In this document: positions 17,998-27,976 of the stretch, in pieces | Position numbering within the stretch: the stretch's first letter is position 1 | Layout of the letters: each line of letters opens with the position of its first letter | Source of the DNA: Balneolales bacterium | GTDB taxonomy: Bacteria > Bacteroidota > Rhodothermia > Balneolales > DATFMH01 | DNA: 64,000 bases | Direction: 5' to 3' | NCBI GenBank assembly: GCA_035267045.1 | Contig: DATFMH010000069.1 | Span: 6,208-70,207 of the forward strand | The notes under the pieces: generated by a model | Databases searched by the model: none | What the model was told of the DNA's origin: nothing | The model's input: only the letters and a program-made list of their open reading frames with translations | Made by a program: the position numbers and the translations under genes

Positions 17998-19392
17998 TTA
18001 AAATATTGTGGAATAAACCGTATGAGATCGTGACTCATAGAAATCAAACATCTTTCGATGCATGACATATGCGGCCGGTATCACTAATAGAAAAAACCAG
18101 TACCATTTCATGACAATGACAAAACCGGTAAAAATAACAAATACAATCATAAGTAAACTATACAATTGAGAAGTGGATCGCTTAAAACTGCGTCCCATAT
18201 TTTCAGTAATCTTAATTGGTTTTTGAATAGATATGAAAAAGCCTAAATATATAAACATAATCAACTGAACCAGGTAACCGAGAACCCATATCATAGTTAA
18301 TAAACCGAGATACATCCCCACGCCCAACAAAACAATCGTTAAGGAAAAGTCAACCAACAAGGGAAATACCAAAGACTGTAAATATAGTTTAAAAATAAAC
18401 CTGGGATCATGTGTATAGACTTTACTCCCCAACCACAACTCTCTGAAATGGCCAAAAAAATTGTTATGTATATAGCTGAAAATGATGGAAGGACTCATAA
18501 TCATAGAGATGAAAAGGGCCATTGTGAAAACCGATTGCTCATGGCTCACCAGAGAAACTTCATATATCAACATAATTTTGATGAGCAGTGAGATTAATAG
18601 TCTCCGGTATTTCTTATCACGCAGATAAATATGACGAAACATAGATTGGACCGATGGAGCATCAGTAGTTACGTCTCTCCTTTTATGTGCTTTAGGAGTG
18701 CCATCTATTGATGTATCAACCCAAATGCTGTATAGAAACGATATGGTCAATAAAAGCAAAGATATTCCCCAGATCACCACAAATAGCTGATTATAAAACC
18801 AGTATAATTGCGTTAAAAATGCAATGAAGGCAATCAAAATTAATACTGTGCCACTAAATAAACGTTTACCACTTTTTGTTTCATACTCCATTTGTATTCT
18901 TATACCCCGATCTATTAAAATAGCACTCATTCCCATAATCATTAATAAGAGAACATCCAGAATCGTATATGATTGGGCAACGAGAGTAAACGGTATGATG
19001 AAACCAGTCATAAATATGGTGACACTTGTAACTAAGTCTGAACCTATATTTATAATCGTTTTTTGATAATTTTTAACCGGATATATTCGGGAAATGAGAG
19101 TGGAAGGAGGATTAAACGTCGGAAGATAGTTCCTGATAACCAGAACAACTATAATGGTCACAATGATGAAGACCTTTGCTTTAATATCTATCCCTGCAAT
19201 ATTACTTTTGGCCATTATTATATTATAGAGGAACCCGTATAGTACACCCATCCCCATTAAAAACAGGAAATACAAACCCCTAAGAATATTTTTAACGGCG
19301 GTTTTATCTGATAGAAAAGCAATACGGAACTTCGTTTTTAACGTAAACCACAGCAAGTCTTTAAAATTGAGTTTCTCTAATTCATCAGCCAT
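17998..19392 (-). CDS. polytopic membrane protein, putative permease partner of the upstream ABC ATPase
   Basis: 464 aa with about 12 hydrophobic helices. Overlaps the ATPase gene stop by 16 nt. I recognise no conserved motif. Confidence 0.5.
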   Translation of the reverse strand: MADELEKLNFKDLLWFTLKTKFRIAFLSDKTAVKNILRGLYFLFLMGMGVLYGFLYNIIMAKSNIAGIDIKAKVFIIVTIIVVLVIRNYLPTFNPPSTLISRIYPVKNYQKTIINIGSDLVTSVTIFMTGFIIPFTLVAQSYTILDVLLLMIMGMSAILIDRGIRIQMEYETKSGKRLFSGTVLILIAFIAFLTQLYWFYNQLFVVIWGISLLLLTISFLYSIWVDTSIDGTPKAHKRRDVTTDAPSVQSMFRHIYLRDKKYRRLLISLLIKIMLIYEVSLVSHEQSVFTMALFISMIMSPSIIFSYIHNNFFGHFRELWLGSKVYTHDPRFIFKLYLQSLVFPLLVDFSLTIVLLGVGMYLGLLTMIWVLGYLVQLIMFIYLGFFISIQKPIKITENMGRSFKRSTSQLYSLLMIVFVIFTGFVIVMKWYWFFLLVIPAAYVMHRKMFDFYESRSHTVYSTIF

Positions 19393-20150
19393 TGTATTCC
19401 CCCTTCATCTTTACGCTGCGGTTTTATTAATTCGAATAGAGAGTGTTCTATAACACGCGTGCCTTTTTCCGTCAAATCTTCCATCGAGCCGTCATAGACA
19501 AAATGCTTTTCATGAAGAATGCCAACCCGATTAGCAATTTTCTCAACATAGGATAGATTATGAGAGGATAATAAAATTACCCGATCAGTATTTAAATAAC
19601 TATTGAGAAACTCAATCAGTTGATGCGATGAAGTGGGATCCAAACCGGAAAAAGGCTCATCCAGAATTAGTATTTTCGGTTTGTGCATCAGCGCGGCAAT
19701 GAGACCTAATTTTTGCCGCATGCCGGTTGAATAGGAGGCACAATCCTGATACAACTCTTTCATATCATCAAAAAAATATGAAAACAGACTATTAATTCGT
19801 GTTGATAACTCATTTTTAGGTATTCGATACATCAAACCAGTCAACCACAATTGCTCATAAGCTGTCAACTCTTCATTTATTGGACTGGCTTCAGGCAAAA
19901 TTCCCATAATTTGCCTGATCTCCATTCCATTCTGTTCATAGGTTTTTCCGTCTATTTCAATACGTCCTGAATTTGCCCTGATTAAATCAATAAGAATATT
20001 GATCAAAGTCGATTTTCCGACACCGTTATTACCGACTAAACCAAAACAGGTTCCACCATTGAGCGTGAACGTAATATTTTCAAGAACCTCAACCCCATTA
20101 TATGATTTACTTACCCCCTCTATTTTAAGTAATGCCTGAGTATCTAACAT
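19377..20150 (-). CDS. ABC transporter ATP-binding protein (ABC-2/DrrA-like subfamily)
   Basis: Walker A GNNGVGKST, signature YSTGMRQK, Walker B ILILDEP and an H-loop SSHN. Confidence 0.85.
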   Translation of the reverse strand: MLDTQALLKIEGVSKSYNGVEVLENITFTLNGGTCFGLVGNNGVGKSTLINILIDLIRANSGRIEIDGKTYEQNGMEIRQIMGILPEASPINEELTAYEQLWLTGLMYRIPKNELSTRINSLFSYFFDDMKELYQDCASYSTGMRQKLGLIAALMHKPKILILDEPFSGLDPTSSHQLIEFLNSYLNTDRVILLSSHNLSYVEKIANRVGILHEKHFVYDGSMEDLTEKGTRVIEHSLFELIKPQRKDEGGIQWLMN

Positions 20151-20450
20151 ATGCTGCTATCCATTTTTTGATGATATTTTAACAATTAAACATTACAAAA
20201 GATAACATATTTTAGATAAGGGTCAAATTGATTTTAATAACTAAATAATGGAAGGGCGGTTTATTATCAACGTCTCTTTATTAATATTCTCCAAAACCTA
20301 TACGAAAAGATTAACAGCGGCTAAAAATATTTGATCCGCTGTTTTATACGTTTAAAAATAACTACCCGTTGATTAATTCCTGGAAAAACTGCGGAATATG
20401 AATTCGGAAGACTTTTAGTAAGTTTCGAATCCTCATCCAAACGCATCCCT

Positions 20451-20480
20451 CGTCATTCCGGTCGAAGTGGAGAAATCCTC
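20451..20480. repeat. dispersed repeat unit cgtcattccggtcgaagtggagaaatcctc
   Basis: Related to the units at 7134-7163 and 7219-7247, with a partial copy (catcgaaatgacag) near 34591. Lies just 3' of gltX. Confidence 0.5.
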
Positions 20481-20524
20481 TTTGGCAAAAAAACGTTAAT
20501 TCACTGTTTTGTAAATAATAGCTT

Positions 20525-22021
20525 TTATCCCAATTCGGAGACAGCTTTTTTAAGGCGATTTATAACATCGTCTTTTCCTAATAGTTCCAACGTCTGAAAT
20601 AAATCGGGTCCAAAGCCCATTCCCGTTACGGCAAGGCGTGTCGGCAGGGCCAGTTTTCCAAAACCTACTTCTTTTTCAGCCAGTACGTTTTTCAACTCAT
20701 CCTTAATTTTTGCGGGTTCCCAATCATCTTCATTCATCTTTTGAAGACGTAATATATAAGCCTGAACCAAATCGCCCGTATTATCTTTCCATGCTTTTTT
20801 GCGTGTTTTGGTATCATAGGCCTGTGGAGCTTCAAAGAAATATTGGCCCTGCGAAACAAATTCATTTACCAGTTGGGCCCGTTCTTTCATGAGCTTGATG
20901 ACTTGCATGATAAATTCATCGGAATAGCCATCGAAACCATATTCCTTAATTATCTCTTTAACCTCCGGCAACAGGTCGACTTCCAAACGGGAGCGCAGAT
21001 ATTGTTCGTTGAACCAATTTAACTTGTTGATGTTAAAAACGGCACCACTTTTACTCACTCTGTCCAGGCTGAATTCGGATATCAACTCATCAAGGCTTAA
21101 TACTTCACGATTATCACCCGGGCTCCATCCCAAAAATGCCAGGAAGTTGACTAATGCTTCCGGCTCATAACGTTGCTGGATATAATCACGCACGTTAACC
21201 GGTATACCCAGTTTATCAGCATTACGCTTGGAAAGTTTTCCACCTTCGGGCGACATTATCAGAGGGAGATGTGCCATCTTGGGCGATTCCCATCCCAGAT
21301 ATTCGTAAAGCAGGATATGTTTTGGCGCGCTGCTCAACCATTCTTCTCCACGAATCACATGGGTGATACCCATCAGGTGGTCATCCACAACATTTGCCAG
21401 ATGATAAGTGGGCAAACCATCTGATTTCAGTAAAACCTGATCATCAAGTCCGTGACTCTCGAAAGACACAAAACCACGTACTTCGTCCTCAAACCGGATG
21501 GTCTCCCGGCGGGGCACTTTTAAACGCACCACATACTTTTCTCCCGCTTCCAGCCTGCGATCCACTTCATCTTTGGATAGTGTCAGGCTGTTTTTCATCG
21601 CCATACGCGTGATTGCATCATATTTCGGTGACGGGTTCCCCGATTTTTGCAGACGCTCCCGCATGTCGTTAACTTCCTCTGCCGTATCGAAAGCATAGTA
21701 AGCATATCCTTCTTCAATAAGCTGTTCGGCATATTTCTGATAATACTCTGACCGTTCACTCTGGCGATAGGGGCCGTATTTCCCTTCGACATTAATATCG
21801 GGGCCCTCATCATATCCGAGTCCCGCCCACTTCAATGATTTAATAATATCTTCCTCAGCACCCTCCACATAACGATTCTGATCAGTGTCTTCAATACGAA
21901 GAATAAACTCACCGTCATGATGTCGTGCAAATAAATAGTTATACAGGGCAGTACGTAATCCCCCAATATGTAATAATCCGGTTGGTGAAGGAGCAAATCT
22001 TACGCGTACGTTTTCTGACAT
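20525..22021 (-). CDS. gltX: glutamate--tRNA ligase
   Basis: Class I HIGH motif (PSPTGLLHIGGLRTAL), KMSKS variant KLSKR, and the overall GluRS pattern. Confidence 0.92.
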   Translation of the reverse strand: MSENVRVRFAPSPTGLLHIGGLRTALYNYLFARHHDGEFILRIEDTDQNRYVEGAEEDIIKSLKWAGLGYDEGPDINVEGKYGPYRQSERSEYYQKYAEQLIEEGYAYYAFDTAEEVNDMRERLQKSGNPSPKYDAITRMAMKNSLTLSKDEVDRRLEAGEKYVVRLKVPRRETIRFEDEVRGFVSFESHGLDDQVLLKSDGLPTYHLANVVDDHLMGITHVIRGEEWLSSAPKHILLYEYLGWESPKMAHLPLIMSPEGGKLSKRNADKLGIPVNVRDYIQQRYEPEALVNFLAFLGWSPGDNREVLSLDELISEFSLDRVSKSGAVFNINKLNWFNEQYLRSRLEVDLLPEVKEIIKEYGFDGYSDEFIMQVIKLMKERAQLVNEFVSQGQYFFEAPQAYDTKTRKKAWKDNTGDLVQAYILRLQKMNEDDWEPAKIKDELKNVLAEKEVGFGKLALPTRLAVTGMGFGPDLFQTLELLGKDDVINRLKKAVSELG

Positions 22022-22202
22022 TTTGTAATAATTTTATTTACATAATTCGCAATTATCGATAAAACTAAAAATAAGGATACTATTGCTGGTCAACAACAAA
22101 AATCAATAACGTTATTAAAGTGAAGGATTATGATCTGACAATATCATTCCTGATTATGTATTTTATGCCACACATACGTGTATTAGAATTAATTAAAATG
22201 AT

Positions 22203-22883
22203 ATGAAACTTGCCCTGTTAACGCCCTGTTTCGCTCCTGACTTGTATTACCTGGCTGCTTTGCTGCAGGCAGACCGGGCCGTATTACAGGATGTGGAGAA
22301 GTTTTCCAGGAAAAGCAGGATTCACAGGGCCAGGATAAGGACTCCTGGCGGGACGCAGTGGATCAATATTCCCGTACGAACAGAAGATCGATCCAAACCG
22401 GTTAATCAGGTTCGTATAGATCACTCGCAGGATTGGATTACACCTCTTTTACGAGCTTTGAATTTCAATTATCGTAACAGTATCTATTTTGATTTTTATG
22501 AGCCCGAAATAACAGCAGATTTCCAAAAAGCCACTGACTTTGAATTTTTAATGGATTTTAACAACTATTTTCGTAATCGTCTTTTCACCTTTCTTTATCT
22601 TGATAAGGAATTGGAATCGGCGAGTTATATTACCGAATATAGCTCTGATCCTGATCTTTTTGCTGAACGCATTGGTGCAGATGTGATATACCAGGAATAT
22701 AAAAGCCGGCATTATCAACGTCAGGCCAAACGACGGAAAGATCCTGATTTTATCCATCCGGTATACCGGCAGCATTTCGAAGATTTTGAGCCATGGTGTA
22801 GTGTGCTCGATGTTCTTTTTCAATATGGCCCGACCTCATTTCAAGTCCTTGATCAATTAACAAAACATAATACTAATGAATAA
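22203..22883 (+). CDS. WbqC-family protein
   Basis: The N-terminal pattern MKLALLTPCFAPDLYYLAALLQADRAVLQD...SRIHRARIRTPGGTQWINIPV is typical of WbqC-like proteins. Confidence 0.65.
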   Translation: MKLALLTPCFAPDLYYLAALLQADRAVLQDVEKFSRKSRIHRARIRTPGGTQWINIPVRTEDRSKPVNQVRIDHSQDWITPLLRALNFNYRNSIYFDFYEPEITADFQKATDFEFLMDFNNYFRNRLFTFLYLDKELESASYITEYSSDPDLFAERIGADVIYQEYKSRHYQRQAKRRKDPDFIHPVYRQHFEDFEPWCSVLDVLFQYGPTSFQVLDQLTKHNTNE

Positions 22884-24018
22884 TCAACGACATTTATTTA
22901 CGCTACCTGACGATTTCCATTACCTCAATTGCTCTTATATGTCTCCATTGCTCAAATCTGTTGAAGAAGCCGGGATCAATGGCATCCGGCTAAAAAGAGA
23001 GCCATGGAGAGTTCATCCGGACGACTTCTTCCAACAGAGTGATGAACTTCGTAATCTCTTCGCCCGTATAATCAACACATCAGACCCCATGAATATAGCT
23101 ATTATTCCTTCTGTTTCTTACGGGATGGCCGTAGTAGCTCGTAATCTTCCCAATTCATCCGGAAAAAACATTGTCGTTGCCGAGGAACAATTCCCGAGTA
23201 ATTATTACCCGTGGTTACGATATGCCCGGTCAAATAATACTGAATTCCGACAGATTAGCCGCCACGGAAGCGGAGCGGAATGGAATAAAGCCATAAATGA
23301 AGCCATTGATGAGAACACCCTATTAGTGGCACTGGGCAATGTTCACTGGACCGATGGAACTTTGTTTGATTTAAAAACAATAGGGGAAAAAGCCCGCAGT
23401 GCCGGTGCATATTTTGTTATAGATGGGACACAAAGTATAGGCGCCCTGCCTTTTGATATTGCGGAAATCCAGCCCGATGCATTAATATGTGCCGGATACA
23501 AATGGCTAATGGGGCCATATTCTATCGGCTTAGCTTATTTTAGTGAACGATTCACAAATGGCATACCGATAGAAGAAAACTGGCTTTTACGTGAAGAAAG
23601 CCGTGACTTTTCACAGTTAGTGAATTATAAAAATGCATATCAACCGGGAGCTGTACGATTTGATGTAGGCGAACGCAGTAATTTTATTCTTGTCCCGATG
23701 ATGGAAGCGGCCTTACAACAAATTCTCGATTGGGGGGTTAGTAATATACAAGATTACTGCCGGGCGCTCAGTGATGAGTTAATAGATAATTTAGACGCTT
23801 TGGGTTATAAAATTGAAGATACTGCCTACAGAGCCGGCCATATTTTTGGTATCCGTCTACCTAAACATGTTAAAACAGAGGTCGCCAAACAAAAATTTCA
23901 GGATAAAAACATTTCGGTGTCTTTCCGGGGTAGTGCCATTCGGGTGGCGCCGAATGTTTATAATACCCGGGGTGATATAGAGATTATGCGCTCAGCTCTC
24001 AAAGAATTGGTAGAATAA
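22876..24018 (+). CDS. class V-fold PLP-dependent aminotransferase / desulfurase-like enzyme
   Basis: DGTQSIGALP and the PLP-lysine region AGYKWLMGPYSIG. Overlaps the WbqC stop by 8 nt. Confidence 0.7.
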   Translation: MNNQRHLFTLPDDFHYLNCSYMSPLLKSVEEAGINGIRLKREPWRVHPDDFFQQSDELRNLFARIINTSDPMNIAIIPSVSYGMAVVARNLPNSSGKNIVVAEEQFPSNYYPWLRYARSNNTEFRQISRHGSGAEWNKAINEAIDENTLLVALGNVHWTDGTLFDLKTIGEKARSAGAYFVIDGTQSIGALPFDIAEIQPDALICAGYKWLMGPYSIGLAYFSERFTNGIPIEENWLLREESRDFSQLVNYKNAYQPGAVRFDVGERSNFILVPMMEAALQQILDWGVSNIQDYCRALSDELIDNLDALGYKIEDTAYRAGHIFGIRLPKHVKTEVAKQKFQDKNISVSFRGSAIRVAPNVYNTRGDIEIMRSALKELVE

Positions 24019-24392
24019 TGCCCCATTTAGAATTTTTATAAGCAGTTGACAATATAATTTTCTAAACAACTAACTAATACGTTTTAATTTGATATATTAA
24101 TAAAGATTTCAAAAATTGTTCAGGTTGTCATATTCCCTGTTATTGATTATTAAACATGTTTATTGATTTGGATTATGATTTAATCTATAATTCAAAATCT
24201 TCAAATGTATATATCAGAAAATGAATGGTCTTCGAGAACCATAATGATTGTAAAAACATTAAAAATATCATTGTTATTTGGGAATAAATTGATATATAGC
24301 ATGTTATTATACAATTAACCATGAAAATTTGTTAAGATTCTGTTTTTTCCCATATACATGTAACAGTAATATTCCATTAAGTATCCAGAAGT

Positions 24393-25007
24393 TTGCTATA
24401 CTTTAAATACTTTCTTAAAGATATGCGATATACCGGCTCCATTGCACCGAGTTCGAAATTTCTCGCCCGGGACATCACCCAAATATTGCAGCAAAATTTA
24501 AGAAAAAAGAAACGATCAGCAGTAAATATACTTGAAATAGGACCCGGAACAGGAGCCTTTACGAAGCGTATCATTAAAAACCTGGGGCCCAAGGATCATT
24601 TTGACATTGTTGAAATCAATAAGCACTTCTTTGATATCATAGAGAAAAAATACGGTACTCCTTTTAATGTTAAAATTCACAATCAGAATTTTTTGAATTT
24701 TGATTCCAACTATCGTTACGACTATATATTCTCCAGTATTCCTTATGAGAGTTTACCCAAAGGCGAAAGTCGTAAAATTTGGAAGAAAAAGCTCGAATAT
24801 TGCAAACAGGGAACGTATATCACCTATTATAAATACCTGAATTTCAAAAAATTCCGGTGTAAGTACGAGAAAGACCTGGTTTCCAAGTATTGTTGTGATG
24901 AGAAACTTGTCCTATTGAATTTACCGCCCGCCAAACTTTTTACGCTTGAAATAAAAAATCATCCGCTCATCATCCCTGTTGAATCGTTGGAAACAGAATT
25001 TGCTTAA
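24393..25007 (+). CDS. class I SAM-dependent methyltransferase (COG3963 / phospholipid N-methyltransferase-like)
   Basis: N-terminal FLKD..YTGSIAPSSKFLA plus the SAM motif ILEIGPGTGAFT. TTG start at 24393; alternative ATG at 24423. Confidence 0.65.
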   Translation: MLYFKYFLKDMRYTGSIAPSSKFLARDITQILQQNLRKKKRSAVNILEIGPGTGAFTKRIIKNLGPKDHFDIVEINKHFFDIIEKKYGTPFNVKIHNQNFLNFDSNYRYDYIFSSIPYESLPKGESRKIWKKKLEYCKQGTYITYYKYLNFKKFRCKYEKDLVSKYCCDEKLVLLNLPPAKLFTLEIKNHPLIIPVESLETEFA

Positions 25008-25022
25008 CTTACCCGTACAGCG

Positions 25023-25051
25023 AGTCTTATGTTTCTGTGAAACATAAGACT
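25023..25051. other. perfect 13-bp stem hairpin between convergent genes
   Basis: agtcttatgtttc-tgt-gaaacataagact. There is no U-tract on either side. Confidence 0.6.
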
Positions 25052-25072
25052 GAATGCGAGTATTATAATTAT

Positions 25073-25786
25073 TCAGGGAGTATCAAAAATCAACATCCCG
25101 TTTTCCTTAATCCACATTCTTGCTTTCTTGTATGCGGGATAATACCGGTTTACAAGGGCCCAATATTCTTTACTGTGATTCATGTGAACGGTATGGCATA
25201 ATTCGTGGATAAAAAGGTATTCCCAAATCCAATACGGACATTTGACCAGGCGCCAGTTAAATGAAATATTCTTCTTGCTCGAACAGGTTCCCCACTTTGT
25301 TTTTTGCGAACGTATATAAACTTTATTGAATTCAAAAGGCAGGTTTTCTGAATAGTTGTAAAAACGTTCAGGTATTTCCTGTTTGGCACAGTAATGATAA
25401 AAACTCAGTAACACCTTTTCAGGCGGATAATCGCTTACTCCTGCAGGTGGTGCGTAAAGAAGCCGGTTATCCCTTTCAAAAAAATCCCATCGATCCCCGG
25501 AATTGTTAATCCTGACTTTCATTAGCGGCTTCCATTCCCCGCGAAGTAATATCTTACCTTCGTTATCCGCTTTCCGCTTCTCCAGTTCTGCAACCTGTTT
25601 CTTCATTTTAAAGAGCGTAGCATTCACCCACTCCGTTTTGTCCTGAAGAAAACTGCTCATTTCTCTCTTACTACACCGTTTTGGAGCAGAGACAATAATC
25701 TTTTCAGGCCGGACTCTGATTCGGATATACTTTTGGCGTTTCCTTTTTATAAATTGAACCTCAGGCCAATTTTTCATTTGTATCAA
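25073..25786 (-). CDS. YgjP-like (DUF45) zinc metallohydrolase
   Basis: KWGTCSSKKNISFNWRL followed by the zinc motif HELCH..HMNHS..YW. Confidence 0.75.
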   Translation of the reverse strand: MIQMKNWPEVQFIKRKRQKYIRIRVRPEKIIVSAPKRCSKREMSSFLQDKTEWVNATLFKMKKQVAELEKRKADNEGKILLRGEWKPLMKVRINNSGDRWDFFERDNRLLYAPPAGVSDYPPEKVLLSFYHYCAKQEIPERFYNYSENLPFEFNKVYIRSQKTKWGTCSSKKNISFNWRLVKCPYWIWEYLFIHELCHTVHMNHSKEYWALVNRYYPAYKKARMWIKENGMLIFDTP

Positions 25787-25807
25787 TTAATAGCCGTTCA
25801 GTTTTCC

Positions 25808-26977
25808 TTACCTCTTCTTTAAACCATCCAAACTTTTTTTTGCCAGGGTTACAAATTTAGAATCGGAATGAATTTTACCCACATCCCCATAATACTTTTG
25901 AGCCAATTTATCTTTTTTCATACCCTGATAAATACGCCCTAAATAATACCCTGCCAAAAGATAGTCGTTACGGTTCACACCTTCCGGTGAGCTCTTACTA
26001 ATTTGCTGAGTCTTTTTGAAAAAGTCTATAGCTTTTTTTGTTTCGCCAAAATTAAATAGGATTAATCCTTTGATAGAGTACATATGTTCTTTCAGAGCAT
26101 ATGTAAAGGGTCCCGGATTCTTTTCTGCTTCTGATAATGAAGTATCGATCAAATTCATGGCACGATAGTAATCTTCATTTTCATAATAAATTTGAGCCAG
26201 AATCATCTTATAATAAGCATTATGCTGATATTTCCGGTTTAATATTTGAAAATATTTGATAGCTAACGGTATTTGATGCTCTCCCGTCATATAGATACGC
26301 CCCAGAAAATAAATGGATTCAGGTCGGACAAAAGCACTGCTATCCGCCGCTGTTTTCAACATTTTGATCCCTTTTTCTTTATCACCCTCAGGTAAGATCC
26401 ATGAAAATTTATTTAATAAAGGGTATTCTTCCGGAAGATAGGCCGTATAATAATTATAAATACCCAGGCCAAATTTGATATCAGGTATCGACGGATCGAT
26501 CTTCTGAATCAGAAACAAAGCATCCATTGCTTGTTTACCATATTGAAAACATTTAAGCCACTCTTCACGATTTGAATAATAACGTGCTAAAAACCCATTA
26601 CTAGCCGCTTTAATAACAAGCGCATCGAGGTTTTGATGATCGTTACTTAAAATACGTGAACACATATAATCCGCCTTCGAGAACTCGAATACCAGTTCTT
26701 TATCATGCGATTTATTATAAAGATCCGGGAGCATTTTCCACCATACATGCAGCCCTTTCCAGAATTGCCACAAAGGACTATGAGGATATTTTTCTTTCCA
26801 TGGTTTCAGGATCTTTTCTGAAGCGGCATAGTTGAAATCGTAAACCGAATCAATGGCCTGCTGAGCCGTTTTAACAAATTCCCGATTTAGGACAAGGGGT
26901 TTATCCTTACCCTGAGCTCTCAACCGGGGCGTGTTGCTGATGAATAAGATTACAACAACTAAAATCCCACTTATCAA
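25808..26977 (-). CDS. secreted TPR-like repeat protein, function unknown
   Basis: Signal peptide, then helical repeats rich in Y/A/L (YYKMILAQIYYENEDYYRAM, LLAGYYLGRIYQG). Confidence 0.5.
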   Translation of the reverse strand: MISGILVVVILFISNTPRLRAQGKDKPLVLNREFVKTAQQAIDSVYDFNYAASEKILKPWKEKYPHSPLWQFWKGLHVWWKMLPDLYNKSHDKELVFEFSKADYMCSRILSNDHQNLDALVIKAASNGFLARYYSNREEWLKCFQYGKQAMDALFLIQKIDPSIPDIKFGLGIYNYYTAYLPEEYPLLNKFSWILPEGDKEKGIKMLKTAADSSAFVRPESIYFLGRIYMTGEHQIPLAIKYFQILNRKYQHNAYYKMILAQIYYENEDYYRAMNLIDTSLSEAEKNPGPFTYALKEHMYSIKGLILFNFGETKKAIDFFKKTQQISKSSPEGVNRNDYLLAGYYLGRIYQGMKKDKLAQKYYGDVGKIHSDSKFVTLAKKSLDGLKKR

Positions 26978-27104
26978 GGTGGGCCAATTATAATATATAG
27001 GGCGGTTCCTGGTAATGATAAAACTCCGATTTTTTCTTAAATCTGGTCATTTACCTACACATCCAATGCTTTCTTTAATTTATCGAATAAATCTTAAAAA
27101 ACAT

Positions 27105-27971
27105 CTAAAGATTAGAATCAAACCAATTTATAGTAATATCTAATAATTCAGCAAAAGAATCGGGTAACGTATCTTCCTCAAACGGGTGAGAACCCCCAAA
27201 GGTATGACCGGTATGAGGTATGATAACACGTTTCTTTTCATTACCCGGACATTGTTCGTAAAGCCGGTTAACACTTTTATATGAAACGGCCTCATCTTCT
27301 TTACCATGAATAAAACATATCGGGATATACAGTTCTTTAATCCTGTTTATTGCCATTAAGGCATCAGCGTTTTCACGGGCATCATCATAAACCACTTTAT
27401 CAACACGCATACTTTGACCGGTTCGCGAGTTTAATATCTTTGTATAGCCTTTTGATTTCCAGTCGGTTATCATCTCAGCAGACCAGTGCTTATTATAATC
27501 AGCCACAGCGGCCCAGGTGACCAGGCAACTTATTTCATCGAAATTAGCAGCTGCCACAATAGCGGTATGCCCACCCCGGGAATGTCCAACCACACCAATC
27601 CTTGATGTCTCCAAAACAGCTTTACCCGATGAGATTTGTCCGCTTTTTATAGCATCCAGAATACATTTAACATCATCTTGTTCCTGCGACAATGTATTTT
27701 TGGCAAACAAATCAAAGCGGTCAAATTCCGTTGGATTATCACCTATTCCATTCATGGAAAAATTCATGGCAACAACCGCATAACCATGCTCTGCCATCTC
27801 TATACAAGCATCCGGGAAAGGCCCCCAATCCTTAAAACCTTTGAAACCGTGCAGAAAAATAATAACAGGGAGTGAATCAGTTACATCCGGTACATACAAA
27901 TCATACGTGATTGGAAGATTCTGTGTGGAAGGAATTGCACCGGTCTCTTTTCTTACAGCATGCCGACTCAT
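27105..27971 (-). CDS. alpha/beta-fold hydrolase
   Basis: Nucleophile elbow GHSRGG, oxyanion region FLHGFKG, and late D and H residues (HGKEDE, HTGHTF). Confidence 0.7.
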   Translation of the reverse strand: MSRHAVRKETGAIPSTQNLPITYDLYVPDVTDSLPVIIFLHGFKGFKDWGPFPDACIEMAEHGYAVVAMNFSMNGIGDNPTEFDRFDLFAKNTLSQEQDDVKCILDAIKSGQISSGKAVLETSRIGVVGHSRGGHTAIVAAANFDEISCLVTWAAVADYNKHWSAEMITDWKSKGYTKILNSRTGQSMRVDKVVYDDARENADALMAINRIKELYIPICFIHGKEDEAVSYKSVNRLYEQCPGNEKKRVIIPHTGHTFGGSHPFEEDTLPDSFAELLDITINWFDSNL

Positions 27972-27976
27972 AGTAC

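Noticed and set aside
20415-20440. tRNA-like T-loop string gtttcgaatcctc.
   Set aside because: The surrounding sequence cannot form acceptor, D or anticodon stems. I found no other GGTTCGAATCC-type matches on either strand, so I call no tRNA in the window.
25073-25786. YgjP/DUF45 metallohydrolase as a marker of a type I restriction-modification or defence locus.
   Set aside because: No hsdR/M/S, methylase, nuclease or other defence genes are nearby. The neighbours are a TPR protein and housekeeping genes.
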